In this document: in pieces, positions 45,920 through 55,924 of the stretch
How the letters are laid out: every line of letters begins with the position of its first letter
Numbering within the stretch: position 1 is the stretch's first letter
Notes under the pieces: model-generated
What the model saw: only the letters and a program-made list of their open reading frames with translations
Told to the model about the DNA's origin: nothing
The model's database searches: none
NCBI GenBank assembly: GCA_965213625.1
Contig: CBDBZU010000004.1
Span: 3,776,001-3,840,000, forward strand
Origin: a bacterium
Lineage (GTDB): Bacteria > UBA8248
Reading direction: 5' to 3'
DNA length: 64,000 bases
Position numbers and translations under genes: made by a program

Positions 45920-46498
45920 TTACGCCGTAATGCCGCCCAAGGAGATCGATTCGCCGTTCAGGTTCACCGTGCTTTTCAGCGGAACGGCGGCCGTCACCAT
46001 TTGTTCGGCGAAGCATCCTTGTTTCGCATTCTTGATGACCGCCAGTATTTTCTCCGCCGGTTCATCAGATTCCACCTCAAAGTGCGTACGTACCTCGTTG
46101 CAGCCGGAATTGACCGTGCCCTTGAGGACGGAACCCCTCAAGAAATAGTCGAAATCCACTTGCACCTTGGCGTGCGTGAAGGACACTTTCATCATATGCG
46201 CGTACCGCGCAAGCTGGGTGAGGAGTCAGAACCCGACTCCCATGGCGATGTAGCATAGCGGTTGGGGGTAGGAATCCTCACCGCCGATGCGGGGCGGCTC
46301 ATCACAATACACTTCAAAATGCCTGTGCGTCCCCAGCTTGAGCTGGCCCTTTCCCTCAATCGTTTCGGTGTCGGCGGACATGGTGAAGGCATAGCCCTGC
46401 GTGGGGAGTTCCGGTTTATCGATGGCACGCTCACCGGGAACAGTGCTGTCTTTACGCGGATCGAGAGGTTCCACTTGTCTTGTCTCCTTTGGTGTCAT
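45920..46498 (-). CDS. OsmC-like protein, probable selenoprotein (UGA at 46226-46228 read as Sec)
   Basis: ORFs 46226-46498 and 45920-46195 are in frame across one TGA: CDEPPRIGGED..P.PLCYIAMGVGF-U-LLTQ...QGCFAE; hairpin right after the UGA. Confidence 0.85.
46197..46225 (-). promoter_or_regulatory. Bacterial SECIS-like hairpin
   Basis: UGA-CUCCUCACCCAGCU-UGCGCG-GUA-CGCGCA: 6-bp stem, G first in loop, 20 nt after the UGA. Confidence 0.65.
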
Positions 46499-46592
46499 AA
46501 GAATGGCGGAAGAAAGACGATATTATGCACGCAAGGGCGGTGCAAGAGAACCGTCGGCACACTCTTTTCTTGTAACCATAAGGGGCAATTTC

Positions 46593-47552
46593 GTGAACCG
46601 AATCGTCGTACCAGATGACTACCCTTCCGTCTTCATGGGAAGCGCCGCTGAAACCCGGTTGCGGGAAATCGGTGACGCGGATATCCACACCTCAAACCCA
46701 CAAACGTCCGAAGAGTTGCTCAGCCGTGTTTCCGAGGCCGATGGCATCATCAACATCCGTGCTTTTTGCAAGTTCGACGCGGATTTTTTCTCGAATTGCG
46801 GTGCTCTCAAGGTACTTTCGATCTGGGGCACGGGCACGGACCACGTCGATTTGAAAGCTGCCGAGAACGCAGGCGTCATTATATCGAACACCCCTGGCGT
46901 AGCCGCAGTTTCAGTTGCGGAGCACACCCTGGCCCTCATGATGGCGGCGGCGCGCCAGATACCCGGAAACGATACCGCCATGCGAGCGGGCGGGTGGCCG
47001 CGGGGACAGATGACGCAATTAAACGGAAAAACGCTCGGCCTCATCGGCCTTGGCGCCATCGGCCGCCAGACGGCCCGTATCGCCGCCGGTATCGGGATGA
47101 AGCTCATCGCCTGGACGTTTCACCCAGACGAAGATTTCGCTGCGGAGGTAGGACTGGAGTTCGTCGACTTGAACGCATTGTATGAACGAGCCGATGTCAT
47201 TTCGATACACGTGCGGCAATCGGCAGACACCATCGGCATGATCGGCGCCGAGGCGTTCTCCCGCATGGGGCCGGATACCATTTTAGTGAACACGGCGCGG
47301 GGACCTATCGTGGATGAAGAGGCGCTCATATTGGCCTTGAAAAACGGCGCCTTAGCTGCAGCGGGTCTCGACGTATTCGATCAGGAGCCTCTGCCCCCGA
47401 ACCATCCGCTCGGGAAACTAAAAAACGTGGTCCTCTCCCCGCACAATGCGGGCATCACGCCTGAGGTGACCGAAGCGGGCCTCCTGATGTCGGTGGAAAA
47501 CGTTGCCGCAGCCCTCTCGGGTAAACCGCAGAACGTGGTGCATCCTTCATGA
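46593..47552 (+). CDS. D-isomer-specific 2-hydroxyacid dehydrogenase (phosphoglycerate dehydrogenase-like)
   Basis: GTGTDHVD, SVAEH, GLGAIG, VNTARG, LDVFDQEPL, SPHNAG. Confidence 0.9.
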   Translation: MNRIVVPDDYPSVFMGSAAETRLREIGDADIHTSNPQTSEELLSRVSEADGIINIRAFCKFDADFFSNCGALKVLSIWGTGTDHVDLKAAENAGVIISNTPGVAAVSVAEHTLALMMAAARQIPGNDTAMRAGGWPRGQMTQLNGKTLGLIGLGAIGRQTARIAAGIGMKLIAWTFHPDEDFAAEVGLEFVDLNALYERADVISIHVRQSADTIGMIGAEAFSRMGPDTILVNTARGPIVDEEALILALKNGALAAAGLDVFDQEPLPPNHPLGKLKNVVLSPHNAGITPEVTEAGLLMSVENVAAALSGKPQNVVHPS

Positions 47553-47669
47553 TTTGCTATAATGAGACATGGAGATAGCCTGTTTTCTGTTTCCAGGGTT
47601 CCTCGTATCGATTCGGTAACGACTTAATTTCTCTGCCAATTATTCGCCCGAGTCATCTAGGAGAACAAA

Positions 47670-48350
47670 ATGAGTCCAACAGGAAGGGCCTGCGTAGCGG
47701 AAGCCATCGGCACGTTTTCGCTGTGCTTTATCGGTGCGGGCGCCATCATTTTGAATCAGAAAACGGGTGGAGCCGTGGGTCTCATCGGCATCGCCCTGGC
47801 CCACGGTTTGATCCTCTCGGTGATGATTTCCGCCATGGGGCACGTATCGGGCGGTCATTTCAATCCGGCCGTCACAATCGGCTTCATGGTCACGAAAAGG
47901 ACAGACGGCGGCACAGGCATCTCCTACATCATCAGCCAACTGGTTGGTGGAACCGTGGCCGGTATCCTGTTGAGAATCATTTTTGCGGCCGACGTATGGC
48001 AAAAGGTGAATCTGGGAACACCGACCCTTGCAAGTGACGTGAGTTTCGGCATGGGGATTCTGATCGAAATCATTCTCACGTTCTTCCTCGTCACAGCTAT
48101 CTGGGGCTCCGCCGTGGACGACAGGCACCCCGACGTGGGCGGATTCGCGATCGGCCTAACCATCGCCGCAGACATTCTTATGGGAGGTCCACTCACGGGA
48201 GCATCCATGAATCCGGCGCGCACATTCGGCCCCGCTCTGGCCGGGGGCGGCTTCGACGGCATCAACCACCTCGTCTACTGGATAGGGCCCATCATCGGCG
48301 GCGTGGCGGCGGCCTTGGTGTACAACAACATCCTGATCAAAAAAGAGTAA
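47670..48350 (+). CDS. MIP family channel (aquaporin)
   Basis: AEAIGTF, SGGHFNPAVT, GASMNPARTFGPA, VYWIGPIIG. Confidence 0.95.
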   Translation: MSPTGRACVAEAIGTFSLCFIGAGAIILNQKTGGAVGLIGIALAHGLILSVMISAMGHVSGGHFNPAVTIGFMVTKRTDGGTGISYIISQLVGGTVAGILLRIIFAADVWQKVNLGTPTLASDVSFGMGILIEIILTFFLVTAIWGSAVDDRHPDVGGFAIGLTIAADILMGGPLTGASMNPARTFGPALAGGGFDGINHLVYWIGPIIGGVAAALVYNNILIKKE

Positions 48351-48354
48351 TAAA

Positions 48355-48392
48355 AATCCGCCCCGGCGGCGCTATACCTGCCGGGGCGGATT
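48355..48392. terminator. Stem-loop terminator between convergent genes
   Basis: AATCCGCCCCGGC...GCCGGGGCGGATT 13-bp stem with A-tract on the left. Confidence 0.75.
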
Positions 48393-48403
48393 CCTCTGGC
48401 TGC

Positions 48404-49366
48404 TTAAGCGTTATCTCTGACGACGTTGGCGGGCGCGCCTCTCAAATAAGCTTCGATGTTCGCTACCGGCACATCGCGGAACCTCGCATAGGTGCCGTCG
48501 GTAATCCACGCCGAATGCGGCGTGATGATGACGTTATCCAGAGAACGATATATCGAGTCCTTCGGTAACGGCTCGAAAGGCTCAAAAACATCGAGACCGG
48601 CGCCTGCAATGCGCCTGTTTCGCAAGGCATCCAGTAGCGCATCCTCATCCACCATATGAGCGCGCGCCGTATTGACGAAAAAAGCCGTTTCCTTCATCTG
48701 CTCGAATTTCTCTTTTGTCATGAAGGGCGCAGCGTTCGCCGGTAAATGTAGTTGGAGCGACACCACGTCGGACGCAAGACATTCCTCGACGGTAGCCGCT
48801 TCCGCCCCCTCCGCCTGCGCGCGTTCGGGCGTCATGGAAGGAGAACAGGTGATGACTCTCATCTCGAAGCCCAAAGCCATGCGGCATACCAGACGGGCGA
48901 TATGGCCGAAACCGATAAGACCCAGTGTCTTTCCGGCAAGCTCGACTCCTTGATCCTGGGGCCAATCGCCCTTTCTCATGGCGGGGAACATGAGCGGCAT
49001 TCTTTTCGCCAACGCCAGGATAAGCATCATCGTGTGCTCGGCCACGGACGAGGCGCTCGCCGCGGGCGTCGTACTCACTACGATCCCGCGTTCGTTGGCG
49101 CGCTCCATGTCGATCATGCGCGGGCGCGTGCCCATCACGGAAATCATCTTGAGGTGGGGAATATGATCCAGCAAGTCGGTCGTCTTGAAGTCGGTCTGGT
49201 ACCTGGTCGTGAGTATAATTTCCGCGTCTTTCAGGCGCTGGCGGAGCAATTCTTCGCTATCGGCATTGTCGGTGTAGTAATGTACGTCGCCCAGGGCGCG
49301 CAATCGCCCGAGAGCTTCGGAGCCTTCGAACAAACGGAAACAATCGTCTGGAATAACGATTTGCAT
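48404..49366 (-). CDS. D-isomer-specific 2-hydroxyacid dehydrogenase
   Basis: SVAEH, GFGHIA, VNTARA, LDVF..EPL, TPHSAW. Confidence 0.9.
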   Translation of the reverse strand: MQIVIPDDCFRLFEGSEALGRLRALGDVHYYTDNADSEELLRQRLKDAEIILTTRYQTDFKTTDLLDHIPHLKMISVMGTRPRMIDMERANERGIVVSTTPAASASSVAEHTMMLILALAKRMPLMFPAMRKGDWPQDQGVELAGKTLGLIGFGHIARLVCRMALGFEMRVITCSPSMTPERAQAEGAEAATVEECLASDVVSLQLHLPANAAPFMTKEKFEQMKETAFFVNTARAHMVDEDALLDALRNRRIAGAGLDVFEPFEPLPKDSIYRSLDNVIITPHSAWITDGTYARFRDVPVANIEAYLRGAPANVVRDNA

Positions 49367-49376
49367 CGATGAGGTT

Positions 49377-50456
49377 TTAACTGTCGCTCACGAGAATGAC
49401 CGCCTCTTTTTCGATGGTCAAACGGACCTTACTGCCCACGCCGAAGAACTCATGCGGGTCGCCGATGACGCGAAGCGGTTCATTCAGACCCGGCACCTGC
49501 ACGAGGTAATCCACCGTGCTCCCGAAATAATAGCCGCGCGTCACCTCGCCATCGAGCACGTTCTGTGCGTCCGAACCGCCCACGTCGGCATTCTCGGAAT
49601 GCACCTGGATGCGGTGGGGCCTTATGGAGACGAGTTCTCCCGTTTTGCCGCCGTCTGCGTTCATCATGAATTTTGCGCCGTCGTTGGCCTCGAAAAGCTC
49701 AGGGGAACCAATCTTTCCTGGAATCGAGTTCGTCACGCCGACGAATTCGGCCACGAACTTCGTCGCCGGAATGTCGTATATGTCGGACGGCTTGCCTACT
49801 TGCTCGATTTTCCCGCTGTTCATGACGCAGATTCTGTCGCTGGTGACCATGGCCTCGGCCTGATCGTGGGTCACGTAAATACTCGTGATGTTAAATTCAT
49901 CGTGCAGGCGCCTGATCTCGAAGCGCATCTCCTCGCGCAGGTTGGCGTCGAGGTTAGAGAGCGGCTCATCGAGCAACAATACGGCCGGCTCGACCACGAG
50001 AGCGCGGGCCAGCGCCACGCGTTGCTGCTGGCCACCCGAGAGTTCTCCCGGATACCGGGCGCCCAGATGATCCATCTGCACGACGGAAAGCAGGCTCTTC
50101 ACGCGCTTGTCCGCCTCGGCGCCCGTAATACCGCGGAATTTCAATCCATAGCCTACATTCTGGGCCACCGTCTTATGCGGCCAGATGGCGTAGCTCTGAA
50201 AAATCATGCTCATGTTGCGGCGCTCGGGCGGTATGACACTGCTGGCGTTCGATACGGTCTCCCCATCCATGATGATTTCACCGCCGTTCGGCTCGATGAA
50301 ACCCGCCACGAGGCGTAACGTCGTCGTCTTGCCGCAACCCGATGGCCCCAAAAGAGAGATCAACTCCCCATGTTCGATGTGCAGGTCTATTTCATCCACC
50401 GCCCGAACGTCTGTGCCAAATATCTTCAATAAACCTTTTAAGTCTAAAACCGCCAA
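49377..50456 (-). CDS. ABC transporter ATP-binding protein (FbpC/PotA-like)
   Basis: GPSGCGKTT, LSGGQQQRVALARA, LLLDEPLSNLD, VTHDQ, TOBE tail. Confidence 0.93.
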   Translation of the reverse strand: MAVLDLKGLLKIFGTDVRAVDEIDLHIEHGELISLLGPSGCGKTTTLRLVAGFIEPNGGEIIMDGETVSNASSVIPPERRNMSMIFQSYAIWPHKTVAQNVGYGLKFRGITGAEADKRVKSLLSVVQMDHLGARYPGELSGGQQQRVALARALVVEPAVLLLDEPLSNLDANLREEMRFEIRRLHDEFNITSIYVTHDQAEAMVTSDRICVMNSGKIEQVGKPSDIYDIPATKFVAEFVGVTNSIPGKIGSPELFEANDGAKFMMNADGGKTGELVSIRPHRIQVHSENADVGGSDAQNVLDGEVTRGYYFGSTVDYLVQVPGLNEPLRVIGDPHEFFGVGSKVRLTIEKEAVILVSDS

Positions 50457-50472
50457 CGTAAATCTCCCTTAT

Positions 50473-52218
50473 CTATCCTGCGGAACGCATGAAGTCCCGT
50501 CCCGCCACGCGGAAACCGACTGCAATCGCTACTAAGGTGATGGCCAAGAGCAATACGCCTAAGGCCGATATGGGACCCAACAGCGTTTCTTCATAGAAAT
50601 CGACGATGACCACCGAGATGACCTTCGTATTCGTCGTCCAAAGCAGAACCGAGGCGCTCAATTCCCTGAGCGAGGGCATGAACACCAATATCCATGACGC
50701 GATGACGGCAGTCTTGAACAAGGGTATCGTCACGTCCTTGAAAACCTGAAGCCGATTCGCCCCCATAATGCGGCAACTCTCCTCGAGTTCGGGATGAATG
50801 CTCGTGAGGCCCGCATTCGCCGTCTGATACGCAAGGGGCAAGTATTTGGTGAGATAGGCCAGGAACATTATCCACAGCGTCCCATACAGCACAAAGGGCT
50901 GTTTCGTATAAGCCGCGAACAGACCCACCGCCAGGACGATACCGGGAATCCCGATGGGCGCTGTGGCCATGAACCCCATATATTGATGGCCCTTGATGAG
51001 CTTGCGCTGTGCGATGAAAGCGGAAATCGCTGCCACGATCGTGGCGCCCGTCGCCGCCATGATGGCTAGCAATATCGTATTGTATATCGACTCTCTCACT
51101 GCATCGTTGGTCAAGATGAAATGATAATTCCAGAGAGTGAAGTTCGCCCAATTCAATCCGCCGCCCAGATTTTTCATGAACGACGTGGTCAGCAAAGCGA
51201 GCGATGGCAAAACGATGGCGCACACGAGCGGAACCATGCACAGCACGAATATCGGGAGCCGCCAAACGCCCAGCTTTTGCGGCCGCCTCTGCCCTCCCTT
51301 GCCGCCGACTGTGGCGTAACCCCTGCGGCCCAATACAATGCCTCGAGTCCAGACCATCCCTATCGCCAGAATAAGCATGGGCATTGCGTAGGCGGAGGCC
51401 AGACCGAGCAGGTCGTCTTCCGAGACCATGAAAGCGCGGAGCTGGGTCGTCATCGTGTGCTGGCCCGCCGGTATCGCCAAGACGGCCGGGATTCCGAAAA
51501 GAATCATGGCTTCAAGCGCCGCCAGAATAAAACCCGCGAACAGAGAGGGCGCCACAAGCGGTAAAGTGATGCTGAACATGGTGTTGAACGTTCCGCCGCC
51601 CGCCACGTTTGCCGCGTCTTCCACGTCCGAGGAAATATTGTTCAGGCCTGCTAAAACAACGATAAAGACGAGGGGGAACGTGTAGAGCGACATGGCGAAT
51701 ATGACGCCCTTCATCGTAAAAATATCGAACAGATAAAACTCGTCACTCAACTGAAATATCCCGCGAATCCATTTATTCAGCCACCCTTCGTTTCTTCCCG
51801 CCAGGAATATCCAGGCAATGGCGCCGAGAAAGGGAGGTGTCACGAAAGAGGCCAGGATGCCGTTCCTGATTAAATTCGGAAATGGGATGTCCGTTCGGCT
51901 GACCACCCAGGCCATCACGGCTCCCACCACCAGGGAAATGCTGCCCACGGAGAGGGCAAGCATCATCGTGATGTACATCGGCTTGTAGTATTCATCGGTT
52001 TCGAAAGCGTCGATATAATTCTGGAAAGTGAAGCCGCCGGCCTCATCTTCAGAAACAAAGAAACTTTCCTTGAAGAGTTGGAAGATGGGATTCGCCACCA
52101 GGATGATCAGAAGGATGAGCAGTACTACCCAGACAATGACAGTATAGTCGAATTTTTTGGTGGCTGAGGGCTCGCCTCCCGAGATCATTCCGGGTAGCTG
52201 TTGCGCATCTTGCGTCAT
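50473..52218 (-). CDS. ABC transporter permease (FbpB-like, duplicated domain)
   Basis: Two EAA-type loops (VEDAANVAGG, LEESCRIMGA), about 12 TM. Confidence 0.9.
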   Translation of the reverse strand: MTQDAQQLPGMISGGEPSATKKFDYTVIVWVVLLILLIILVANPIFQLFKESFFVSEDEAGGFTFQNYIDAFETDEYYKPMYITMMLALSVGSISLVVGAVMAWVVSRTDIPFPNLIRNGILASFVTPPFLGAIAWIFLAGRNEGWLNKWIRGIFQLSDEFYLFDIFTMKGVIFAMSLYTFPLVFIVVLAGLNNISSDVEDAANVAGGGTFNTMFSITLPLVAPSLFAGFILAALEAMILFGIPAVLAIPAGQHTMTTQLRAFMVSEDDLLGLASAYAMPMLILAIGMVWTRGIVLGRRGYATVGGKGGQRRPQKLGVWRLPIFVLCMVPLVCAIVLPSLALLTTSFMKNLGGGLNWANFTLWNYHFILTNDAVRESIYNTILLAIMAATGATIVAAISAFIAQRKLIKGHQYMGFMATAPIGIPGIVLAVGLFAAYTKQPFVLYGTLWIMFLAYLTKYLPLAYQTANAGLTSIHPELEESCRIMGANRLQVFKDVTIPLFKTAVIASWILVFMPSLRELSASVLLWTTNTKVISVVIVDFYEETLLGPISALGVLLLAITLVAIAVGFRVAGRDFMRSAG

Positions 52219-52286
52219 ATCCGCATCTTTCCTTTTTGAAATCAAAACATTTTCAAAAAATTCATTCTGTCAAAACTAAAATGAAA

Positions 52287-52325
52287 CGGGAGCGATTTCT
52301 CGATTTACGCAAGAAATCGCTCCCG
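52287..52325 (-). terminator. Intercistronic stem-loop after the binding-protein gene
   Basis: CGGGAGCGATTTCT...AGAAATCGCTCCCG 14-bp stem followed by TTTCATTTT on the - strand. Confidence 0.65.
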
Positions 52326-52337
52326 CTCATACTTGAT

Positions 52338-53357
52338 TTATACGCCGAAGAGCTTCTTGAACATTTTGCGCGTCGGCTTGTTCTTCTTCTTCAGTTCATC
52401 TCCGCCGATGGCCATCAGGTTGATTTTGTCGAGTGGCGGCAATCCTTTAGGATACTTCACGCCGGGATCACCCACATAGAGGAAGTAATCCGCCAGAAGC
52501 TGCATGGCCTCTCGGCTGAATAGATAATCAGTGAACACGCGCGCGGCGTTGGGGTTCGGGGCCTTCGTGAATACGCCGTTCGGCGAGGTCACCAAAGCCA
52601 GACCCGTCGGCGGGATGACGGGCTTGAGCGGCTCGCCTTTCTGCATCAGTTTGAGTAGCGAATACGAGGTCGTGCCCGCTCCCAGCCAAGCCTCCCCACG
52701 CGCTACGAGAGGAATGCCCCCGGCCGCCGATTGCACGATCTTGGGCTTTTGCTTGGCCATCTTCTTGTAATAATCCCAGCCGAATCTGTTCACGATGTTG
52801 ATCATGCCGTTCGTGACAAACCCGCTGTAGCTGGGATGCGAATGAACTATTTTGCCCTTCCATTTGGGATCGAGGAAATCCGCATACGTCTTGGGCGCGT
52901 CTTTCTCGCTGACTTTCTTGGTGTTGTAAAAGGGCATCAAAACGCCCGCGCGAAGGATCGTCCAGGAGTTGTCTTTGGTAACGAACTTCTCGTTGAAGTT
53001 GTCCGTTCCGGCAGGCTTGTAGGGCGTGATGATTTTCTTGGCTTTTAAGTTCAGGAAATGGCCCAGGTTCGATGTGTGTATCACGTCTGCGACGTAAATG
53101 CCGCCCTTGCGCTCTTGCAGATAACGGCGGTAGAGCTTGCCTGAGCCGTCACGATGTACGATGCACTTAACACCCGTTTTTTTCTTGTTGTAACGGTTGC
53201 AGAGATCCTGTGCGATGTTCAAAGTGATGGAGGTATACCAGGTTACTTTCCCTTCTTTCTTGGCGGCGCGCATGGTCGCCTCATCCGCGGCGAAAGCGGG
53301 TGCGCTCAAAAGAGCGACCGCCAACAGACCAGCAATGATTCCTTTCAGCATTTTCAT
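52338..53357 (-). CDS. ABC transporter extracellular solute-binding protein (AfuA/FbpA-like fold)
   Basis: Signal peptide, AAKKEGKVTWYTS, YNT, LDPKWKGK, APNPNAARVF. Confidence 0.9.
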   Translation of the reverse strand: MKMLKGIIAGLLAVALLSAPAFAADEATMRAAKKEGKVTWYTSITLNIAQDLCNRYNKKKTGVKCIVHRDGSGKLYRRYLQERKGGIYVADVIHTSNLGHFLNLKAKKIITPYKPAGTDNFNEKFVTKDNSWTILRAGVLMPFYNTKKVSEKDAPKTYADFLDPKWKGKIVHSHPSYSGFVTNGMINIVNRFGWDYYKKMAKQKPKIVQSAAGGIPLVARGEAWLGAGTTSYSLLKLMQKGEPLKPVIPPTGLALVTSPNGVFTKAPNPNAARVFTDYLFSREAMQLLADYFLYVGDPGVKYPKGLPPLDKINLMAIGGDELKKKNKPTRKMFKKLFGV

Positions 53358-53567
53358 TCTCCTCTGCTTGTAAAGTAGCAGCTCAAAAAAAGTGCGAAGA
53401 AACTCAATGTCAAGAATCTTCGGCGCACGTCCTGTCTACCTGCCAGTGAAATGTAAGATGCTTTCAAAAGATGAAGTGAATCATATCAAAACTGAGCGCA
53501 TCGTCAAGCAGGCAAATTTGCGGGATAAAGCCAGAATCTGGTGCGTATTGGGTCATGGCCGTGAAGC

Positions 53568-54821
53568 TTATGCTTCACCCTCTTGCGGCTTTTTCCCGCC
53601 AATGAAGCGCCGGGCGACAAAAATCGTGGCGACCCCTCCCAGGATAGCGGCAACTCCCGGCCCGATGAACGCCCAGTCCCAATTGAGCGGCAGTTCACCA
53701 GTACTCGAATCATTACTCATATCTAAAAATTTCCCCACTACCATGGGCGCAAGAGAACCAAGCAGAAAACCCAAACCCGATTGAATGCCCAGCGCCGAAC
53801 CGAGGTGGCGTCTAGGCGTGAGTTCCGTGGTCAACACCACCAGCACGGGGGCGTCCACGTGCATCACGATTACCCAGATCAGGCATAGAATCTGCAGGAT
53901 TGCGAATGGCGTCCCGAAAGCGAACCCGATGGTAACTGATATCAGACCGCTTAAAAAAAGGCTCGCGATAATCGTGGGTGGGCGACCAATGCGATCGGCA
54001 AACCAACCACCAATGAGCTTCGAAACCGCGCTCAGCCCGATGATCAGCGCGGCGGCAGAGGACGCGACGTGGAGCGCACTCTCGCGCGTTTCCGTTCCCG
54101 CCACCACCAATGACGCCGCCAGGAATGTGACTATCCAGCCTCTGAATGCGAACACCTCCCACCTGTGCGCGCCCACGACGCCCATGAGCACCCACACGGG
54201 GGCCGGCAACCTGGGAAGTTCAAACCCGGCGTCCCCATCTCCCCTCGGAGAGGGCAGAGAGGGGAGCAGAAACACCATGGCCAGGAAACCGGCGGCGGGT
54301 CCCAGAGAAGTCAACGCGAACGCCGTGCGCCACTCGAAATTTGCGACGAGCGCGCCCGTCACATAAATCGAGGTGGCGACGCCTACGGTGTAAAAAAACG
54401 TATACACCCCCACCATACGAGCACGCCTCCCTTGCGGGGCGTACTCCGCCACCAACCTCAACGCAGGTGCATATGTGCCGGCCAGCCCCACGCCTGTCAG
54501 GCCGCGAAACACCGATGCGCTTACGAAACCATCGGCAAAGAGGGGAAACATAAAATTCAGGAGCGCCAGCCAGAGGCTCGAGGCCAGATATATCTTCTTC
54601 GCGCTCATGTAGTCCGTTGCAGTCGCCAGCACGGCCGCGGCGAGGATGTAGCCCACGTAAAACGCCGTATAAATCGTGCCGGCCTGCACGTTCGTTAGGT
54701 TCCATTCCGCCTTGAACAGCGGAAGCGCCGCTACATAATTCGCATAGACGAACATCATCGGCACCTGCGCCGCGCAAATCGCCCAAAGCCAATGGGTTGA
54801 TGTTCCGTCATGCTTATTCAT
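53568..54821 (-). CDS. MFS transporter
   Basis: 12 hydrophobic segments, GWFADRIGR motif, RGLTG.GLAG.Y.P. Confidence 0.9.
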   Translation of the reverse strand: MNKHDGTSTHWLWAICAAQVPMMFVYANYVAALPLFKAEWNLTNVQAGTIYTAFYVGYILAAAVLATATDYMSAKKIYLASSLWLALLNFMFPLFADGFVSASVFRGLTGVGLAGTYAPALRLVAEYAPQGRRARMVGVYTFFYTVGVATSIYVTGALVANFEWRTAFALTSLGPAAGFLAMVFLLPSLPSPRGDGDAGFELPRLPAPVWVLMGVVGAHRWEVFAFRGWIVTFLAASLVVAGTETRESALHVASSAAALIIGLSAVSKLIGGWFADRIGRPPTIIASLFLSGLISVTIGFAFGTPFAILQILCLIWVIVMHVDAPVLVVLTTELTPRRHLGSALGIQSGLGFLLGSLAPMVVGKFLDMSNDSSTGELPLNWDWAFIGPGVAAILGGVATIFVARRFIGGKKPQEGEA

Positions 54822-54971
54822 ACAAATCCTCTGGTCCAGGAATGAAAAAGAGGATAAAGGATTCGATTCCCTCTGGCGAGGGAGCAGGCGTATCCTTGCC
54901 CGACTACCCGTAAGCGAGCATCCTGATGTACTCTGCGTTCATAGTTGATTCTTATTTCATGGAACCTAGCG

Positions 54972-55850
54972 ATGCCTACACCCGTTATTGATTTCAGAGT
55001 CTCATGCCCCATTCCCGAGGGTCTGGACAGATACCTGAAACCGACGGGCCGACTTACGGACTACGCCAGACACTATGGGGACAGGGTGTTCGGTAACGAG
55101 GAAGAACACCGCTACTTGAAGCCTGAAGAGTTCGTCGCCTTCCTGGACGAACAAGGGGTGGATAAGACCGTGATCAAGACTTCCGACATGACGACGATCT
55201 CGGGCACGAAATTTCCCGCCGAAGTTTTGCACGAATACATCAAGAACTACCCGGACCGCCTCATCGGAACGGCCGGGTGCGACCCGTTTCGCGGCATGGA
55301 CGCGCTGCGCGATTTGGAGCGCGACGTAAAAGAATACGGACTCCGGGGCGTCAACATGGGGCCGTGGGAACTCGGCCTTCATGCGAACGACAAGAAGTTC
55401 TATCCCATTTACGCCAAATGCGTGGAGTTGGACATCCCCGTTCTGCTCCACACATCGATGAACCTCTCAAGCTCGAATCTGCTCGATTACGGGCGCCCGA
55501 TCTACCTGGACGAGGTGGCGAGAGATTTTCCCGAGCTTCGCATTGTGGCGGTGCACGGAGGCTGGCCGTGGATATTGGAGATGATCGCCGTGAGCTGGCG
55601 ACATCCCAATCTGTACATCGAAGTCAGCGGCACGATGCCCAAATACATCGCCACGCCCGATACCGGCTGGGAGCCTCTGATTCGCTACGGGAACTCGGTG
55701 CTTAAGAACAAGATTCTGTGGGCCTCGAACTGGCCGATGATCAGCCCCAGGAAAAGCCTGGCTGAATTCGAAAAGTTCCCACTAAAAGACGAAGTGAAAC
55801 AACGCTGGTTCGGTGGAAATGCTCTCAAGGTGCTGGGCCTGGATGAATAA
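54972..55850 (+). CDS. Amidohydrolase 2 family protein
   Basis: YPDRLIG, YPIYAKCVELDIPVLLH, GRPIYLDEVARDFPEL, HGGWPW, HPNLY. Confidence 0.88.
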   Translation: MPTPVIDFRVSCPIPEGLDRYLKPTGRLTDYARHYGDRVFGNEEEHRYLKPEEFVAFLDEQGVDKTVIKTSDMTTISGTKFPAEVLHEYIKNYPDRLIGTAGCDPFRGMDALRDLERDVKEYGLRGVNMGPWELGLHANDKKFYPIYAKCVELDIPVLLHTSMNLSSSNLLDYGRPIYLDEVARDFPELRIVAVHGGWPWILEMIAVSWRHPNLYIEVSGTMPKYIATPDTGWEPLIRYGNSVLKNKILWASNWPMISPRKSLAEFEKFPLKDEVKQRWFGGNALKVLGLDE

Positions 55851-55862
55851 ACCTCAGAAACA

Positions 55863-55897
55863 GAAAAAGCGGGAGCTTTGACCACTCCCGCTTTTTC
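55863..55897. terminator. Bidirectional intrinsic terminator
   Basis: GAAAAAGCGGGAG...CTCCCGCTTTTTC between convergent genes. Confidence 0.85.
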
Positions 55898-55924
55898 GTT
55901 CTGATTTTCTCGTTCAGAATATGT

